Shown here: positions 1 to 12,800 of the stretch, piece by piece
Layout of the letters: each line of letters begins with the position of its first letter
How positions within the stretch are numbered: position 1 is the stretch's first letter
NCBI GenBank assembly: GCA_028534125.1
Contig: CM052816.1
Location: 21,702,001-21,766,000 of the forward strand
DNA: 64,000 nucleotides
From: Lama glama
Lineage: Eukaryota
Direction of reading: 5' to 3'
Program-made: the position numbers and the translations under genes
Notes under the pieces: model-generated
The model's database searches: none
Told to the model about the DNA's origin: nothing
The model's input: only the letters and a program-made list of their open reading frames with translations

Positions 1-3000
1 TGAAAGCTAACTTTAGATAAGTTGATACGGGGTTTTCAAAGAATGTTTCAGGGGTGGTTTCAGGCCCAAGTTTCATCCCCCAGCTCCTCTCATCTATAAG
101 GTGCTGGCAGTTTCCCACTGTCATTGTCACTGTCTAGCTGAGTGAGCTCATGCCCAGCTGGTCAGCACTCTTGGGTGGAAAGCCAGGGCTGGTTTTCCCT
201 GGATTCCAGCCTGCCTGAGTCATTGCTTTTGGCCTTAAGCTCCAGGCAGATTCTTGTGACTCAGCATAAGCTGGCTTTAGGCCAGGCTGACACAGGGCCC
301 CTTATCCCTGGCAAGGATTGCCTGAAGGCTTTGAGGGTCCTATCAGGATAGGGCAATCCACCCCATCTAGGCTGAAGCCGGGACCAGTGATGAAATGAGG
401 CTTCTGGGCCAAGAGAAACGTCATCTTGGATGGCAGGCACTTAGGTGGGGCATCTTCAGGTCAGCCCCTTCCCAAGCCTCTTAGAAGGGAGGACACTCAG
501 AACCATAATAGCCACACTGGAGATTCTACCCTGAAGGTTGGGAGTCTTGCTAGTAGCAGCAGACACAAAAGCAGGGGAATAGACACAGAACATTCAGAGT
601 CCTGTCCTAGAGCTGAAGCCCTGCAGGGTTGGCACCCTCAGGCCTCAATTGTTCCTGTCTCTGCCAAGGCCTGATCATAGGAAATAGAAGCCTAGGGCTC
701 TATGCTTACCTCCACAAGAGTCTACAAAGCCTACTTTCATTTGCTGTCCTGTACCCTAGGCTTTCACACTAACACTTGCAGCAGAGAAGGCTGTCCCCAT
801 TCTCAAAGAAGATGGGCCTCAGTGCACTAGGGAAGGTGGCCCAGGGTTACACAGTCAGTGTGGATGGCATCAGAGCCAGGCTGGATGCTGGCCCCTGCAC
901 CATAATGCCAATGGGATGCCCAACATTCAGGGAAGGAGCTCTGCATGTCTGATTCAGGCAGCAGCCAGCCAGCCATGAGCCCCTGCCACAAGCCTGGGAC
1001 CTCTTGGAAGCTGGGGGAAGCATAACTGAAGTCTCTGCCAGTGCCTGATCTACCTCTTGCCCTGCTTTGAGGGTGAATTGTAGCCTGGGAGATGAGGCCA
1101 GGTTTCTAGGTCTTGGTTGGGACATAAGAAGAGACACATCTGCCCTGGAGAGGCTGTACAGACTTTCCAGAGGCAAAGAGCAGGCTGCTTTCTCTTGGCG
1201 TCTATAGCCAGTCAGTCCCCTGAGGCGGACCAAGGAGGGCAGGACTGACGACCAGCCCAGAGCCAAGGCTGGGCTCAGACCCAGAGAGGAAGAGAGCATT
1301 CTCACAAAGCCCAGTGTTTGCAGCCTATTGACATAGAGTTTGATGGTATGAGCTAAGCCCTGCTTTGAGAGTTCCATAGAAGGAGTCTTTGACCTATTTT
1401 TCAAGGGCTGTGGTGGCAGGAGGGATTTTTGGCCACATCATAAAGAGTTTCGTGGCCACCTCTGATAGACCCGTCTCAGGAAGTTGTAATTTTCCACGAT
1501 TAGGTTATTAGTCACCAAGGTGATCCCTGCCCCCAGCTCCTGGCTCCTGTGCTGTGGCAGCCTGACAGAGGTGGTGCTCCATTGTGGTTAGGCCTCTTCA
1601 GTAGGCCAGGAGCCCTGGAGGCCCCGAGAACTAAGGTTGGGCCATCTGTGTGCCTGCCTTGTTTGTGGAGCTTCACAGCCCCATTCCAGGATTTACCACT
1701 TTCTTGAGCACTATGTCCTCCTCAGGAGATTTAGCTTGGGCAATAAATTCCTTACGATCTCAATGAAGGGATGTGGATAGAGAATAGCTCCCAAAAAATC
1801 CACTTAAAGGAAGACCCATGTACTCTGTGGTATCAGTAACTGTGAAGGCCCAGTCTATGACCTTTCTGGGCATTTTCATTTTAAGAAAAGAGAAAGTCTT
1901 AAGCCAAAGGAATGCATTAATGGAGATCTTTCATAAAGCACTTGCAAGAAACCTTGCAGCACTCAGAGCTCCTTGCCCATTAGAAAGATGGGGTTGTGTG
2001 GTCATACTTGGATCCCCAGGTTGGGCTTCACTCAGGAAGGCAGAATTAGGCATCCTACCCATCTATCGGAGGTTTGCCTACTTCTTCCAAACTCCTGCAT
2101 TCCCTTATTCCAGCTCCTGGGCTTCAGTGGGTACCTCTGAGGAGCATTCCTGCTCCTGGAGTTCGTGGGGGCACTGCCAAGCTGAGGACTGAGGAGAGCT
2201 GCTCCCTAAACCTTGCCCTCAAAGCCTTGGGGACAGTCATGCGTCTTGGTTGCCAGCTGGTAACATTTTCCTAGATGTAAAGGTGCTGGACTGGAAGTCC
2301 CCTCTGGCCTCTAGGCAGGCCTCTCCTCTCCGAGCATGTAGCTGGCCCCAGCTTGTCCGCTGTGATGATTTCTGAGGTGGGGCATGTTATGGTGGACAAG
2401 AATACAGGGAAGCAGGAGTTGCTGCATTTGAGGCAGGCAGGGTGGGATGCGGCTGGAGGAACTGGTCTTTTTTTCAATCTTATCTCTATCAGAAACAGTC
2501 ATAGTGTGGCCATAGGGATTTGTTTGTTTACTTGCTTGCTTGTTTGAAAGTAACCCATCTTTTTCTGAAGTCCTGGATGCTGCCATAGTTCTGAAAAGGC
2601 CAACGATTGGCTCAATTTTTCCAGATGTTTGGGATCTTCCAAGGGTCCTTTTCATGCCTATGAAATGACCCAACCCACCCGCCCACCCTGCCCAAGTTCC
2701 TAGTGCTTATGTGTGTCAGAGGAGGAGACTGAAAAATAACTTAGCCTCCGAGCTTAAGAACTGCCTTCTTAGAGTGTGCTGTCTTCTCAGGGGAGGGAAT
2801 TCAGGAAGAGGCTGTCCTGCTACACGTGAGGAAGTGGGAGCAGCAAATGAGCAGGTGCTGCATCCAGGGCAGGTTTAGAGGGAGGCTTATCAGGTGAATG
2901 GTGGTTCATGTACAAACTACAGGAAACAAATCAAGAAGACAGCTGGGTAGAAGTGAGGTGGCTTCTGTGCCCTCAGAAAAGCAGGAGTCTGAATTCATAA

Positions 3001-3184
3001 GGAAGTGACTCTTTTAAATAACACAGGTGGGCCAGTCTCAGACAGTACTGCAACCTTTCCCAGACGTCCTCTTCATGGTGTTTCTCACATTTCTCCACCT
3101 TAATCAACAATGCTGACCACACTTGATGCCTTTCGGGGTGACTCAGGGCCACTGCTCAGGTTGGCCATTGTGCATTGAATCTAG

Positions 3185-5975
3185 GCGAGGGTGCAGGTGC
3201 AGCTGGAGGTGGGACCATCTCTGAATCGCACCAACCTGTAAAGAGTCCCTAGATTGCCATTTAGGCAAAAGTCTCACAACCAATTTGCTTTTGGATCCTT
3301 TACCTCATTCTTTCTGAGAGGCATTTGATAGAAATAGCCTGATTTTTGAAGTCCGAGAGACCTGGCTTCAACTCTTGACTTAGCCCTACCCACTAATTGC
3401 CAGACTTTAGACAGCTTACTAACTCCTCATTTTGCCCTGTTCATTCATTCAACATGTATTGCTTGGGCATCTTCTATGTACCAGGTACTAGTTTCGGTAC
3501 TTGGGAATCATCAGAAGAGGAAGCAGAGAAGTATTCCTGTCTTCAGAAATGTATATCTAGCATGGGAGACACAAAATGAATGTCAGAAAGGTGATAAGTG
3601 CCACAGAAAAAGACAAGGTAAGGAGGATTTGGGGTGCTGGGAGTGCTGGCAGAAGGGGAAGGAATCTCGAATGGGTGGTAGGGCAGATCTCTTTGAGAAA
3701 ATAACATCTGAGAAAAGACTTGAAAGTGGTGGAAGAGTTTGGGTGTTTCAGACAGAGGGAAGAACCAATGCATAGGTCCTGAGGCTGCTGTATTCAAGGA
3801 ACAGCGAGGGAGCTGGCGTGGCTGGAGCAGCATGAGTGAGAGGGGAGGGGCACAGTGGAAAAAGGGAGGTAATGGAAAGATGAAGGGGCAGATGACGTTG
3901 GGCCTTGTAGGCCACTGTGGGAGCTTTGGCTTTTGCTCAGATAAAACTCAGAGCCACTGGAGAGTTTTGAACAGAGTTGCATGATCTAACCTAGATTGTA
4001 ACAGGATCACTCTGGCTGCTGAGATGAGAATAGAACATAGAGGGGGGGGCACTGGTAGAAGCAGAGAAATTAGCTAGGCATCCAGTGAGGTACATTTTAG
4101 GCAGATTATAGTGGCTTGAACATCATGGGTGCAGTGAAAGTGGTGAAAACTGTTGGATTCTGGATTTATTTTGAAAGGAGAGCCATCAGAATTTGCTGAT
4201 AAATTAGATGTGGAACATGAGAGAGAGCAGAGATGATGATGACTCCAAGGGTTTTGCTCTGGGTGGCTGGAAAGAAGGGCTTGACGTCACCGGAGATAAG
4301 GAAGGCTTCAGTGAGGCAGGTTTCAAGGGGGAAGATCAGGAGTTCACTTTTGAACATGTAAAATGGGATGGTGATACACTTTTCACAGGGCAGTAGTGCA
4401 GAGTGAATAAGATAATATGTGAAAGTGCTTAACCCTCATAGCTAGCTCTCGGTAACTGTCACTTTCCCTTTTCCTCTCTCATACAAGTTGGTGAAGTACG
4501 AGCAATTGGGGGTCCTCTAAGCCAATTTGACTAATCGCCTTTCTATAGAAATAATGAGCCAATTAGATGCCAAAACAGTCTCCTCCCCCGTGGTTTTCTC
4601 ACCCTTCAGAAAACTTTCACTGTTGCTAACAGGGTCTTTCAATTTGTTAAAAGTTTCTTGGTGATGTTGCCACACCAACATGATGATGAGTTTCTGCATC
4701 AGTGGCACCTCGGGGCCCAGGCAGCCTCTCATCTGTGCGCAAACCATGTCCATGTCAGTTGCTCTGCAGGTGTCAGCTGAGCAAGAGCCAGGAACTCCTC
4801 GTAACAGTGAGCAGAGAGTAAGGGAAGGAGTTTCCCCAGAAGCTACACTTTTTATTATCAAAAGATAGTTAGCTGACATAACATTAGGTCACAAGTTTCT
4901 CTTAGCCCTTTGAATCATTGGTCTCTGAATAAAATTGCTGGCATGTGGCATATTGCAGTTGCTGAATGAACAAAACAAACATGTATAGTAAATACAAAAT
5001 AAACATGTATAGTAAAACGTTTTTTCACAAAGAGTATAAATGTATGTTTGACTCTGTGGACAGGGAAAGAGAGGTTGAAGGATGCTAACCAAGGAGCTGT
5101 CTCTGGATATGGGATGCTTTCTACTTTACTTGTTTGGATTTTTAACAGTAAGCTTACATCATTATTCAGACTAAATAGAGTAATTTTTAAGAAGTCTCCA
5201 AAATGTTCAAGTAAGATTTGTGTGGCACCCATGTGATGGATAGGCTTTCTTGTGAGGTGATTTCACTGGTGACATTGCTTCATCTGAGAGACAGCCTGAC
5301 CCTACTGTAGCTGCAGTGGGACAGGCCAAGCAGAGGCACATGAGATGATGACAGTTTAGGAAAATAGATGACATTCCTTAGAAGTACCCAGACTTCCCTC
5401 TTCCACTATGGTTGGTGACTGCCCAGACCCAGAGCTGTGCTCACTCTCACTCACCTACTCACTCTGACAGAGAGCCTTTGTTCCAGGCAGAAATGTGTGA
5501 ACAGCTCTAGGTTTTTGTTATGCATGTATATACTGGCTGATAGTGTGAGGGCTTGAGGTATTTGTGGGACGTCGTTGACAGCTCCATGATAACAAAATCT
5601 TAGTGTCCAGAAGTTCTACTTGAGGGCCACTTCTAGGACTTGCATATATGAGAACAGTGATCTTATCCTTACTCTGTTTGAATTCTGGAGATTTGGTTTG
5701 TGGGCACCTGCCAATGTGGGCATTGGCAAGTGAATCCCAAATATACAGGCTTCTTTGGCCTGTAAAATAGTTCAAGAGGCAAGCTAAGTTCCCATATGAT
5801 CTCTCAAGAAATCTATCAAGTTGTACAGAAGCAGAGCATTTGAGTACCTGCCTTTGGAGCCTTGGGGTCATTGAGTTTGGAAGCCCTGGTATTGTCCTGA
5901 TCCAGTGATATTTCCCTAAGGTCATTCTTAGAGTTCAGAGTATGCCAGTTCTTGAAAAATGATTCAGTTCTCATA
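3185..5975 (-). pseudogene. Decayed ZSWIM9-like (MULE-transposase-derived, SWIM zinc finger) unprocessed pseudogene
   Basis: Collinear peptide remnants resembling human ZSWIM9 as recalled: MTLGKYHW, VLKCSASVQL, CPQTKSPEFKQSKDKITVL, QVELLDTKILLSWSC, intron about 5284-5454, MK...TQILLEHFGDFL, WLASFNLSFPVHRVK, LVWQHHQETFNKL, FRDG...SCTCT. Many stops and frameshifts. Confidence 0.5.
3440..4357 (-). mobile_element. LINE-2 fragment inserted into a MIR (MIR halves about 3345-3440 and 4358-4460)
   Basis: TTCATTCATTCAACA...TATGTACCAGG L2 3' end; MIR core TGTAAAATGGGA...ATAATATGTGAAAGTGCTT resumes afterwards. Confidence 0.65.
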
Positions 5976-6939
5976 CTCTGTGACCTTCAAGGTCCCACTG
6001 CCGAGTGCCAAACTGGCGAGGGGGAATATCACTGAATGGGTCATAGATACCCACCCTGCCCCACAAGCCATTCAGGTATGCTGAGTGACTTTAATGACCG
6101 CTTCTGCCCCAACACTGAATGCCCTCTGCCTCATCCCTTATATGCCATTTATGCTGTAACTGTCCTTGCCTCTGTTTCTGCCCCCTTCATCTGGGCACCC
6201 CAGCCCTCCTGCTTGGGATCTTTGGGGCTTGGATGCTGAGTAGAGATCATCTCTTTGGTGGTAAGTGACTGTGTGAGCAGGTGGTGAGCAGCAAGTCTTT
6301 GCTGACCACTGGCTCTTCCTCCTCTGGCCGCCTTCCTTCCCCAGTCCTGTGTTGCTAACTTTTGTCTAACATTCCTCTCTGTTCTCCTTTGGCCAGGATG
6401 TCAGAAGCTGCTCCAGATGGGGAGGATGCCATCTTGGATGCCTGATGACCAACATGCACAGCTTCAGTGGGCATCACTCCATGAATATCAGCCTGGATCA
6501 TGGCCATAGTGCTGAGTGGTAGGCAGTCAATGGGCAGCAGCAGTGGCATCCGCTCTTCAAAGTTCCAGGAGTTCAAGGTGCAGGAGCATGAGGCAGAAGG
6601 TTACTTGCTACATCTCAAGTCCATATCATCATATGACCAGAATCAGGGTACCCTGAGAGTGAGAGAGGGCTTGCTGGATCAGGCAGGCCCCAGGGCACCC
6701 TTGCCACCTGTCCCCGTCTCCTTCTGGATACTTTGGGCTCTGTCAAGGGCATTCAGCGGAGACCTCCCAAGAGCCCAGGCCAGGTGAGGAGCAGGGAGTG
6801 GGAAAGTTGAGGCAAAGGGCATCCACCTGCCAGGTCCTTGAGCACTGTGCCCTGCCTCCCGCCTGTGCTCCATCCTTTGTTCTCTATTCCCTGTGACCCC
6901 TTTCCTGACCCCTTTTCCCCCTTCTTACCCCCACTATCC

Positions 6940-7340
6940 AGTTCAGGTCATTATCTCTGGAAACCTCCTCACTGATCCCCCTACCAATGCTTTTAGCCAG
7001 TACAGTAGCCTGAGTTATCCTTTAAAAGTGTAAGTCCATCTTGTCAGGTCTCATCTGAATGTTACCTCCTCAGAAAGGCTCCCATTGATCACTCCAAAGA
7101 CTCCGTGTCACCATATGTTTTATTATCTTAATTGTTGTTATCTCTGACATTATCTGGGGAATTTCTTTGTTCACAGCTTTATGTCTTCCCCCTACCCCCG
7201 AATGTAACCACCAAGAGAGCAGAGAATCTCTCCTATTTCCCACTTTTCCCCAATACCCAGGACAGTCAGTGCCTGATATACAGCAAGCAGGAGCTCAATA
7301 AGTATTTATTGAATGAATCAATTAATCCATCCATCCATCT
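6940..7340 (+). mobile_element. LINE-2 3' fragment
   Basis: Ends in CAGTGCCTGATATACAGCAAGCAGGAGCTCAATAAGTATTTATTGAATGAAT. Confidence 0.6.
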
Positions 7341-9854
7341 ATCCAACCCTCAGAAGAGCTCACATTCCAGTCACTGGGATATTTGTTAGTCCTTAGAGTG
7401 ACCTGGGTGCTGAGCAGAGAGGAGAGAGCCTCTCTTTGGTGTATGGCACAAGCGTGTCGTGACCCTGGGAGGTGAGGCTAGGACCTCTTGGCAGGGTGGC
7501 AGTTAGCCAGTGGTAGGTCACGTGTCTCTTTAAAAGCAGCAGGAAGCCAGACTCTGAGATAAGAAGCGTGACTGCCAGCGTGATGAAGCTGGGGAGAGGG
7601 CCAGAGGGTGGAGAGGTGAGACTGCTCCGTGGGGATGCCCAGGCCTCTTTGGCTGGCCAACCAGCACCACACACTTCCTGTGGGGAACAAGGAGAGGAGA
7701 TCCCCTCTGAAGGCCCTGGAGCTGGGGCTGCCCCAGGTGCCTTACCCTTGTCTTCACTGAGGTGGCTAAGACACAAGGCTGCTGCCTCTCCTATCTGCCA
7801 TTCATGCACACAGGGACCTGCTCTAGGGCAGGTGTTGGACCCATGTGCTCTTGACTGCCCCAGCTGCCTGGGCTTCTCTGTGTTTTAGTCTTTTTGTTGG
7901 TGAAATGGTTTCACCACACTGGTGGTTGTAAAGAGTCTGGGACATCTGGGAGGAAGGTCTCGGTGGGTACTGGGGGCTGGAGGCTCAAGGAGTCGTGAGG
8001 CTGTGGCAGACTGAGATTTGAGGTAAGAGTGGTAGCCTGAGGTGCTAGGTGGTCCGGAAGGCTCACACTGAGGGTTCTGAGGCAGGCAAGGGGCAGACAC
8101 TTAGAGGTCTCAGGTCTAGCTGACATCCTGATACTACATGGCCAAGACCTGCCATCTCTCTCAGTATCTTATCCTGGCTGGTTCATGCTGAGTAGCAGGC
8201 GGGTAATGGAAGAGCACTTGATGAGAAATCTCAGAGACTAGGGTTCAAGCCTCATCTCTGCCACTCTTTGGGTTTATAGCTCAGGACAAGCTATTTCTCT
8301 GCTTGCTGCTTAAGTTACGCCATCTGTGAAAGAGGGGGGTCATGGTCTCACATGATTGTGGTGAGCATTAAAGAAATGATGTAAGTCATTGCCATGACTC
8401 TATGGGCTTGAGCTCCCTACTCCTACACTGTCATCTTCTGGGGTATGGATGGTAGGGGAATCTCTGGACAGAAAACCGCTGTCCTGACTCAGTGGCCTGC
8501 CCCACCCTGGCCTCTGGCCCAGATTCTGGAGGTCTTAGTCAGGGGGTGGGGGCCAAAGCTGGGGTTTCCCTGTAGGTTCCATGGGACAAAAGCACTGTAG
8601 CTCACTGGAAAGCCCTCAAAACAGCTGGATGTAGCCCTGCCTGAGAAGAGCTCACAACTGCCAGAACAGACGGGTGGACCAGTTGGACCCGCCTCTTGGG
8701 GAAACCCAAGCATGAGCTGGCACCTGGACCTGAATACAGTTCCTGTCCATCCTGCTCCATCAAGGCTCTGAGGAAAGCTTGGGAAAGGAAATTGGGGTGA
8801 CCCACAGGCAGAAGACTGCTCTCACCTGAATCCTACTCACATCCAGCCTGTCCAAAGATCCCATCCCCCAGTGCCTGAACTATCCAGGCTTCTTCCACTC
8901 ACATCACCTCCTCATTCCCCATCACTCTCTCACCTTACCTGTCCCAAGGCCCCTGCAAACAGATATTACCTCACCCTGCACTGACATGCTTTCTCCAGGA
9001 TCAGGGGAGTTTCCTGACCTCTTGGTCTTCCCTGTGATGGCACCACTCCTGGCTCCTTCCCTCCTCTGTGACCAGTTCTTACCAGACACTAGTGCAGTTG
9101 CTTCCTCTTCTGCCCATCTTCTAGGTTTGCAAGTTACTTAGGGCTTGATCCTTTCTCTCCTTGGCTGCACAGGTGTCTCAAACTTTGATCTAATGGCCAA
9201 ATCAGGGCCTATATCCTCCAATTAGGGTCCCTATCTTTTCTTAACATACTACCCCATAAATAGCACCTCAGACTTACGATATTCCCCAGACATATTTCTG
9301 CATGCCCTTCTTTGGAGGGGAAATTCCACCACTTTGGAGCCACCCTAACTGTGAGCTACTGGGCCCAGAATTCTCCTATCTGGCTTCCACCTTTGTATCA
9401 GCTCATTCCTGCCATGTTTCTCACCAGGACTCCTGCCATGAATGCAAGACTCTCTTTTAGGCATCCCATCATGTTCTCCCTACCCCTTTGCCACCTGGCA
9501 GATGACTCCTCCTCCCTTCAAAGACTGTCCTGCAACTATCTACCCAAGGAATTGTACCTAACTCCCTGACCCTCTGACCCAGGAAATGGATATCCATTTC
9601 CTGATAGGTATCCCTGGTACCTACTGGCTGAGGCACAGTGAGTACTCAGTATTAGGGAGGGAGGGGGACCCTGAAGCCGTTTCTCCTAAGGAGTTGGGTA
9701 CCTGAGATCCGCGGAGTGAGGCCCTTTCCTGGGATTTTATGTCCCAATAGAAAGAGGTTTAAGCTAAACAATAGAATCTTAATGGGGGATTTCTAAGCAT
9801 CAGGCTTCTGACCTGCTTGCCCAGGAGCTGGTTTTGTGCATGACATTTCAAAAG

Positions 9855-12800
9855 TGGTGTGGTTCATGCTGTGATATGCAACCCAGACACTCATTTATGA
9901 ATGAAGGCTTTATTCCACTGGCTGCTGGGAGAGCTACCAGAAGACAGCCTTGGTGGTCAGTCCTCTTTGGGGCTTGCCTCTGCTAAAGAAAATTGCCTTG
10001 TGTAAGGTCACATCTGCTTCCAGATGGAGCTCACATCTAGTGACTGATAAAGATGAGGGCATGAAGGTGTGAGAAAATGCTGAATAACCATCCCAGGAGA
10101 GCCCCTGGGTTCAGCTGGAACCTTTGTTAGAACTGCGTGGCCTCTGTCCTGGAAGACATGTTCTCTCATCATTCCAGGACCTGCTCCTACTCCCACTCTT
10201 GGCCACTTGGCCAATAACTAGGGTTAAATCACAACATAACCTCACCAGAAATGGGTCTGTTAGGGGAGAAAGGGATCTACACTATACAAAATGCAAGAGC
10301 TAGCCAGTAAGTACAAGCAGCAGTTGGAAGAATATATATGAAACTGGATTCTGGATCAGGAAAGAGGGTGGTACAGAAATTTGGATAAAAGAGTTTATGA
10401 AATCACTATCCAAGGATGCAGTGTTTAAAACTGGCAAGCACCCCAGGAGATGATACAGATAAACCATTAGAATGGTTCCTAGAAGCAAGGAAAAATAAAT
10501 GAAGTAGATACACCAGAATTGCTGTGGCAGACTATGGAAGAAGTGGGTATGCACAAGTGGATATACTAAGTAAGGTTGGAAAACCCCCTCAAGAATCCAA
10601 AAGATACCAAAACAATAAGAAATGTGCTGGAAATAAGGATACCAGCATCACTAAGAGGTAAACTGGTGGCCATCCTCTGTGGTCAGGACTGACAGTAGAA
10701 GATGTTGTCACAGAACTGAGCTCACTGAGAGCAATGTTGCTTATTCTGTACAATCAGAAGAAATCAGTCAAGGATGATGAGCCTACTCATCCCATTCACA
10801 AGCCCCTTGCCAAGTTTCCAGATTGGTTGTTACCAGAATCAGTGCATTGATTGAAGAAGAAACCATATCTCCAGATAGAGGGATCCCACAATACCACAAC
10901 AAGTGTGCCTGATAATGATTTCTCCAGCACTTCCCCAAGGGAACCTGTGGCCAATTATTTGGGTAACTGTGGATACTGGGAAAAGGAGAATACACAAGCA
11001 TTTAAAGGATTATTGAACACAAGATTTGAGTTGAAACTATTCTCTGGAGATCTGAAGTAGCACCAAGACCCTCTTGTCAGAGTTGGGGGCACATGTAGTT
11101 CAGATAATAAGTAGATTCTTGGCCAGAATCCTGCTCAGAGCAGGCCCTCTAGGTTCCCAGACCCATCAGGTGACATAAGCAGATAAACATATTTCATGAT
11201 TAGCATAATCCTCTATATTGGATCATTGGCCTTTGTGATATGGGCTGTCATAGTGAGGAGAGCCAAATGGAAGCCATAAAAATGTCTCCCCTTTCCAGCG
11301 AAAATTGTAAATTAAAAACAACACATTGCAGAGATGATGGCAGAAATTGGTGCCACCATTAAAAACCTAAAGGAAGTCTGTTATATCTTCTTTAATTTAC
11401 TAGTAAAACCCAGATAGATCTAGATCCTAGAAGATGGCGTTGGGCTACTACCTGTTCAACAAATAGTAGCTGCAGTTGGAACCACTGTGCCAGCCAGATG
11501 TGATATCTTTGCTACAGTAGATTAACACGGCCTCAGGCATACAGTGTGTGGCCACTAATCTGGTGACTCCATTCTTTTCCACCCCGTCAGAAATGGTTTG
11601 CATTCACTTGGAACAAACAACAGTACAGATTTCTAGGGATGCGTTATTGCTCCTTCCTTCGTTCATGCTGTAGTCCCAAGAGGTCTGGATCATTTGGGGC
11701 GCCCTATAGAACATAACTCTGGTCTTCTCAGTAATGTTATACTGATCAGACAAGATGATCTAGAAGTGACTAACACATTGATGGCTATGACAAGATAAAA
11801 GTACTCCAGAAAATAAGCCCTGTGAAGATTCAGAGCCTGCCACATCAATGAAGTTTTTAAGGAGCCAGTGGTCTAGAGCACATCAGAAAATTTCCTCTGA
11901 AGTATAGGATGAATTATTACATGTTGTACTTCTCACCATGAAGAGGGAGGCACCATGTTTTGTAGGCCCCTTGGGGTTATGGATGCAACCTGTTGCACGC
12001 TTGGGAATACTACTCTGACCTGTAAACCTGGCAATAACTCAAAAGCCTGCCACCTTTGTGTGGGGCCCCAGGCAGGCAAGGACTCTGCAACATTTTCAAG
12101 CTGTAATACAGGTAACCCTGCAATTTGGACCTTACGAATCTTCAGATCCTGTGGTTTTTAAAGGTATCAGTAGTGGGAAAATACATTGTGTCCCTAAGGT
12201 TCTGGAGCAAAGCCATATCATTTGCATTGGGGAATTTTACACCTTTTGGTAAAGAGCTCTTGTTATGCTACTGAACCCTAGTGGAGCTGGAGGGCCTCAC
12301 TGAGAAGGTCAAGCGGGCCTAGCAGTAACATTGTAATTCTGGAATTAATTGTAGCAAGATTGCAGGACACGAGTAAGCTGCAGAAATAGGTAACCCAGAA
12401 CTCCATGTCATCTACCACCATGGCACCAGAGCCTTTCCCCTAGCTCACACCTATGGATACATGGGTGATGTGGACCAGCTGATGGAAGAGGTAAAAGTTT
12501 AATTTGGTTTATAAGTTGATCACATCAGTATGTGGGTCAAGCCAAAAATGGTTAGTTACTCTACTACAGCTCCACTCAGGAATGACCTTTAAAGACAATA
12601 GTGAGGAAAAATCCAGTCTGCTAAAGCTTCAGGTGGTATGCCTGATCGTTGACTTTGTATAGAGAGGTAGGCTGAAGTTAAAATATATATAGATTCAAGG
12701 GCAGTGGCAAATGGCTTGTCTAGCTGGTTGGGGACCTAGAAGGAGAAAGACTAGAAGACCGGGGACAAGGAAGTCTGTTATAGAGACAAGTGATTGACAA

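Noticed and set aside
2211..2238. 23/28 inverted match to 18278-18305 (LALKALGTV in two ORFs)
   Set aside because: Does not extend on either side; chance or an unrecognised old repeat.
5640..5700. FKQSKDKITVL as a Tigger/pogo transposase motif
   Set aside because: Isolated resemblance with no TIRs; the flanking peptides fit a collinear ZSWIM9-like reading better.
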